A stretch of 63,259 bases of DNA, counting the filler, from Clostridiaceae bacterium (lineage in GTDB: Bacteria; Bacillota; Clostridia; CAYPLH01; DUMO01), in the NCBI GenBank assembly GCA_012839865.1. It is 5 parts of 5 records of this genome, joined end to end, with 100 filler letters (N's around TTAATTAATTAA, not from the genome) between each part and the next. Parts side by side here need not be neighbours in the genome. Positions count along the whole stretch, not along the records: positions 53,101 to 61,192 come from DUMO01000036.1; positions 61,293 to 63,259 come from DUMO01000066.1; 3 more parts are not named here. The stretch is one strand, 5' to 3'. This document shows, one piece after another, positions 60,417 to 63,259 of this stretch. The notes beneath the pieces were generated by a model, which saw only the letters and a program-made list of their open reading frames with translations, was not told where the DNA came from and made no database searches. Each line of letters begins with the position of its first letter. Positions within the stretch are counted from its first letter, which is position 1. The position numbers and the translations under genes were made by a program.

Positions 60417-60493
60417 GGGCCTTTAGCTCAGTTGGTCAGAGCGACCGGCTCATAACCGGTTGGTCCGGGGTTCGAGTCCCTGAAGGCCCACCA
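60417..60493 (+). tRNA. tRNA-Ile2 (CAT, lysidine type)
   Basis: Cloverleaf GGGCCTT/AAGGCCC, loop CTCATAA, encoded CCA; body resembles Ile2 rather than Met tRNAs. Confidence 0.88.
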
Positions 60494-60575
60494 ATTCCCG
60501 CAAGTTTTTATTTATAAATTATTTTATAATTTTTAAATTTGAACTTGCGGGTTATATGATTAAAACTTAATATTT

Positions 60576-60651
60576 GCCCAGATAGCTCAGTTGGTAGAGC
60601 AGTGGACTGAAAATCCTCGTGTGGCTGGTTCGATTCCGGCTCTGGGCACCA
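60576..60651 (+). tRNA. tRNA-Phe (GAA)
   Basis: GCCCAGA/TCTGGGC acceptor, loop CTGAAAA, TTCGA, CCA. Confidence 0.95.
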
Positions 60652-60658
60652 ATATCAT

Positions 60659-60743
60659 GGAGGGGTTCCCGAGTGGCCAAAGGGGGCAGACTGTAAATCT
60701 GTTGTCAGTGACTTCGATGGTTCGAATCCATCTCCCTCCACCA
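60659..60743 (+). tRNA. tRNA-Tyr (GTA)
   Basis: 85 nt with long variable arm, loop CTGTAAA, CCA. Confidence 0.96.
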
Positions 60744-61192
60744 TTTAATTTACCTTACGTTTTTATTTTATTATCTGTAGAGACATAAAAACGGAAAGGT
60801 ATTTTTTTATAACCAGGAACCAGGGGGACGGCAGATTGTGTCTTAAATCCAATCTTAGAAATCCTCCACTACAAGTAGAAAAAGGGTATGTATATATAAT
60901 TAGTCCCCACTTACAGGCTTTAACAAAGGCTTTTTGGGGTCTTGGTATGTTTTGGCATGAGTTTTCAGACAGCCTGACAGTTCTTCTGGTCCCCCGGATG
61001 GGGAGCAGAACATTCTATTGATATGCCATTCTTTTAATCGCATTAATATGCTATTATTAACTAAGATTGTTTTTGGCAAGTACAAATCCAAGCACTGCGG
61101 AACTTAATTTTCCGAGCACCCCATTCCCACTATTGGGATTTCATGGTTGAATGTGTTAGCCTGTAACTTTGCCCTTGAAAAACCAACAGGTG

Positions 61193-61292
61193 NNNNNNNN
61201 NNNNNNNNNNNNNNNNNNNNNNNNNNNNNNNNNNNNTTAATTAATTAANNNNNNNNNNNNNNNNNNNNNNNNNNNNNNNNNNNNNNNNNNNN
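61193..61292. other. Artificial contig spacer
   Basis: N44-TTAATTAATTAA-N44. Confidence 0.98.
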
Positions 61293-61398
61293 CAATGAAG
61301 TATTTTTCAAATTTATCCTGCCCGGTGGGATCTATTGGGTCCTTAGGGCATTCAGGTTCTTTAAGTCCTTTTAATATACCATCCAGAGAATCAATCAA
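61293..61398 (-). CDS. 5' fragment of an unidentified gene running off the contig
   Basis: RBS GGAGTG and TTG start, MIDSLDGILKGLKEPECPKDPIDP... Confidence 0.4.
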
Positions 61399-61658
61399 AA
61401 TAATCACTCCATTCACTATAACGCATACTATTACCAAATTTTTCAGTATTACATAAAATATAATATGTTTAAGGAGTGATTTTCGTGAGGCAGGTAATTG
61501 CTGATATTAATATAAAATTAATTTACAGGCAGTGTATCAGACATCTTTGGTGAATTGTTACAGATTGATTTTTTATTATAAGGTAAAGTTTTGTAACGAA
61601 ACCTGGCTTTTATCTCCTGCAAAATACAGAGGATATCTGCCGATTTCATAAATATTGT

Positions 61659-62582
61659 TCAGCAATTCCATCTGATTCCCTGAAAACTGTTTCGCCTTTC
61701 AAGCTCCCTGTCAATACCAGATAACACCCTGAGCTTATCCAGGCTCCACAAAGGCGCCGCCAACAGCTCTTTAACTCCATCCCCTGTAACACGGTGCACA
61801 ACAACTTCAGGCGGCAACATCTCCAGGGCATTGCATACTACATTTATATATTGCTCATAAGTGAACAAATCAAAGGGGTGGGCACAGTAATAATCATACA
61901 AGTCGGTGTCTCTCTGAATGTACAGCATATGAAGCTTGACACCCCAAATACCAAGCTTTGACACGAAACTGACCGTATCCAGCATGTCTTTTTCATTCTC
62001 ACCCGGAAGTCCCAAAATGATATGTACTACAACGCGGATATTCCTTTCCCTGAGACTGCTGACCGCTTTGGTAAAACACTCAAGGTCATAGCCCCTTCTT
62101 ATAAATCCCGCAGATTTTTGGTGTATTGTCTGAAGGCCAAGTTCAACCCATAGGAAAGTTTTCCGTGAATACTCCTCCAGCAATCCTAAAACTTCGGAAG
62201 GCAGGCAATCAGGCCTTGTGGCGACAGCCATCCCCACAATATCAGCACATGACAGTGCAGCCTCGTACCTTTGCCGCAAGACTTCCACAGGCGCGTATGT
62301 GTTGCTGTAGCTCTGAAAATAGGCGATATATTTTGCATTGGGCCACTTTGAGGATAACAGGTTCTTTTGCTCCTCTATCTGCTTTGAGATGCTGGTTTGC
62401 CGGCTGCCTGCAAAATCACCGGAGCCTTTTTCTCCACAGAAAATACACCCCCTGCTGCCAATGCTGCCGTCTCTGTTCGGACATGTAAAGCCCGCATCAA
62501 GAGAGAGTTTGATAACCTTTTGACCAAAGGTTTCCTTCAGCTCATAGTCAAAAGTATGATATCTTTTGTCAAACCATTTCAA
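61659..62582 (-). CDS. Radical SAM protein, TIGR01212 (YhcC/YtqA) family
   Basis: FTCPNRDG..G.RGCIFC, TRPDC, ELGLQT, VKLH, HRVTGDG; TTG start after AAAGGTGTG. Confidence 0.93.
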   Translation of the reverse strand: MKWFDKRYHTFDYELKETFGQKVIKLSLDAGFTCPNRDGSIGSRGCIFCGEKGSGDFAGSRQTSISKQIEEQKNLLSSKWPNAKYIAYFQSYSNTYAPVEVLRQRYEAALSCADIVGMAVATRPDCLPSEVLGLLEEYSRKTFLWVELGLQTIHQKSAGFIRRGYDLECFTKAVSSLRERNIRVVVHIILGLPGENEKDMLDTVSFVSKLGIWGVKLHMLYIQRDTDLYDYYCAHPFDLFTYEQYINVVCNALEMLPPEVVVHRVTGDGVKELLAAPLWSLDKLRVLSGIDRELERRNSFQGIRWNC

Positions 62583-62940
62583 GCAAATCACACCTTTTTG
62601 TGAATCAGTAATCTCCTCAAATCCCGCCGGGAAGACTATTAATGCCGGTTGCAAGACTGATGGCAAACTTATCGGCAAGATGGAACTTATATTATTATAA
62701 CAAATTTTTAAAATTCACTGCTAAATTCAAGTCAGGAGGAATCCAACTGAACTATGCAATTTATGGGGTTGCAATTTAAAAGCCATGTTTTAATTTTAAT
62801 ATAGCAAGACCAGGTATAATTATCTGTCAAAAATCCTGAAGCATCAAATCTGTACAGCAACGTACAAATCAGTAACAATATTCACTTTTGGTAAATATAC
62901 TGTTAGTGTAATTAAGTTTACATAAAATTATGTTCCTGAG

Positions 62941-63095
62941 ATCGGTTGATTCTCCGGTTGGTACTTACGCCGGCTCTCTGGCTGGTTATTTGGCTAGTTC
63001 ACCTGCTGGGCTGGAGATTGGCTCTCCGGTTGGTTCTTTGACCGATTCACCTGTCGGATCCCGGTCGGTTTCCGGTTTTCCTGGCTGATTTCCAT
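62941..63095 (-). repeat. Degenerate 12-bp tandem repeat encoding a decayed PTGE/PAGE linker
   Basis: Minus frame: DPTGESVKEPTGEPISSPAGELAK*PAREPA*VPTGEST. Confidence 0.6.
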
Positions 63096-63259
63096 CAGTG
63101 CGGTTTATTTTATGTGAAATCTTACATAAACAATAAAAGACCAGCTAATTAAAGTCAAGAGTTTTTAAGAAAAAGCTTTATGAATTTTTGAAAACTCCTG
63201 ACATAGAAAAAATGCATAACAACAAGACCACCTTTGCGAAGTAGACATAAAATAGCTGG

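Noticed and set aside
4150..60830. Intergenic GGGGACGG motif near 4153, 40747 and 60822 as a REP family
   Set aside because: Only 8 bp, with no shared flanks or palindromic partner; also arises in coding sequence.
131..62603. Numerous short antisense or alternate-frame ORFs in the supplied track
   Set aside because: They overlap well-supported genes, and lack RBS and recognisable motifs.

Overview
The window is five contigs joined by artificial 100-bp spacers (N44-TTAATTAATTAA-N44), so adjacency across gaps means nothing biologically. Gene content, T-boxes and sigma-A promoters indicate a low-GC Firmicute (Clostridia; inference). Contig 1 (1-24316) is part of a conjugative element whose transfer operon mixes Tad/Flp pilus genes with VirB3/VirB4/VirB6-like and C39-hydrolase genes. 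It is interrupted by cargo: a Met T-box with a MetRS2-type metG, RadC, an inverted AbrB-RelE toxin-antitoxin pair, and an IS-bracketed cassette with a WYL-like regulator and two gamma-glutamylcyclotransferase-fold genes, next to recombinase and Abi remnants. No relaxase or VirD4 is visible. Contig 2 (24417-48603) is mostly housekeeping (PMM/PGM, clpX-clpP-tig, T-box-tyrS, fhs-fchA-folD, Lon-like protease, rimI-tsaB-tsaE, two DeoR genes, GlpA-like trio), bounded at both ends by IS200/IS605 right ends with candidate omega-RNAs. Contig 3 is one in-frame Lhr::ABC-exporter chimera. Contig 4 has a probable nitrilase-GDPD fusion, ABC permeases (one fused in frame to EutB), eutC, a PHP hydrolase, a broken MFS gene and three tRNAs. 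Contig 5 has a TIGR01212 radical SAM gene. No CRISPR array was found. Family assignments come from motif recognition, not database searches.
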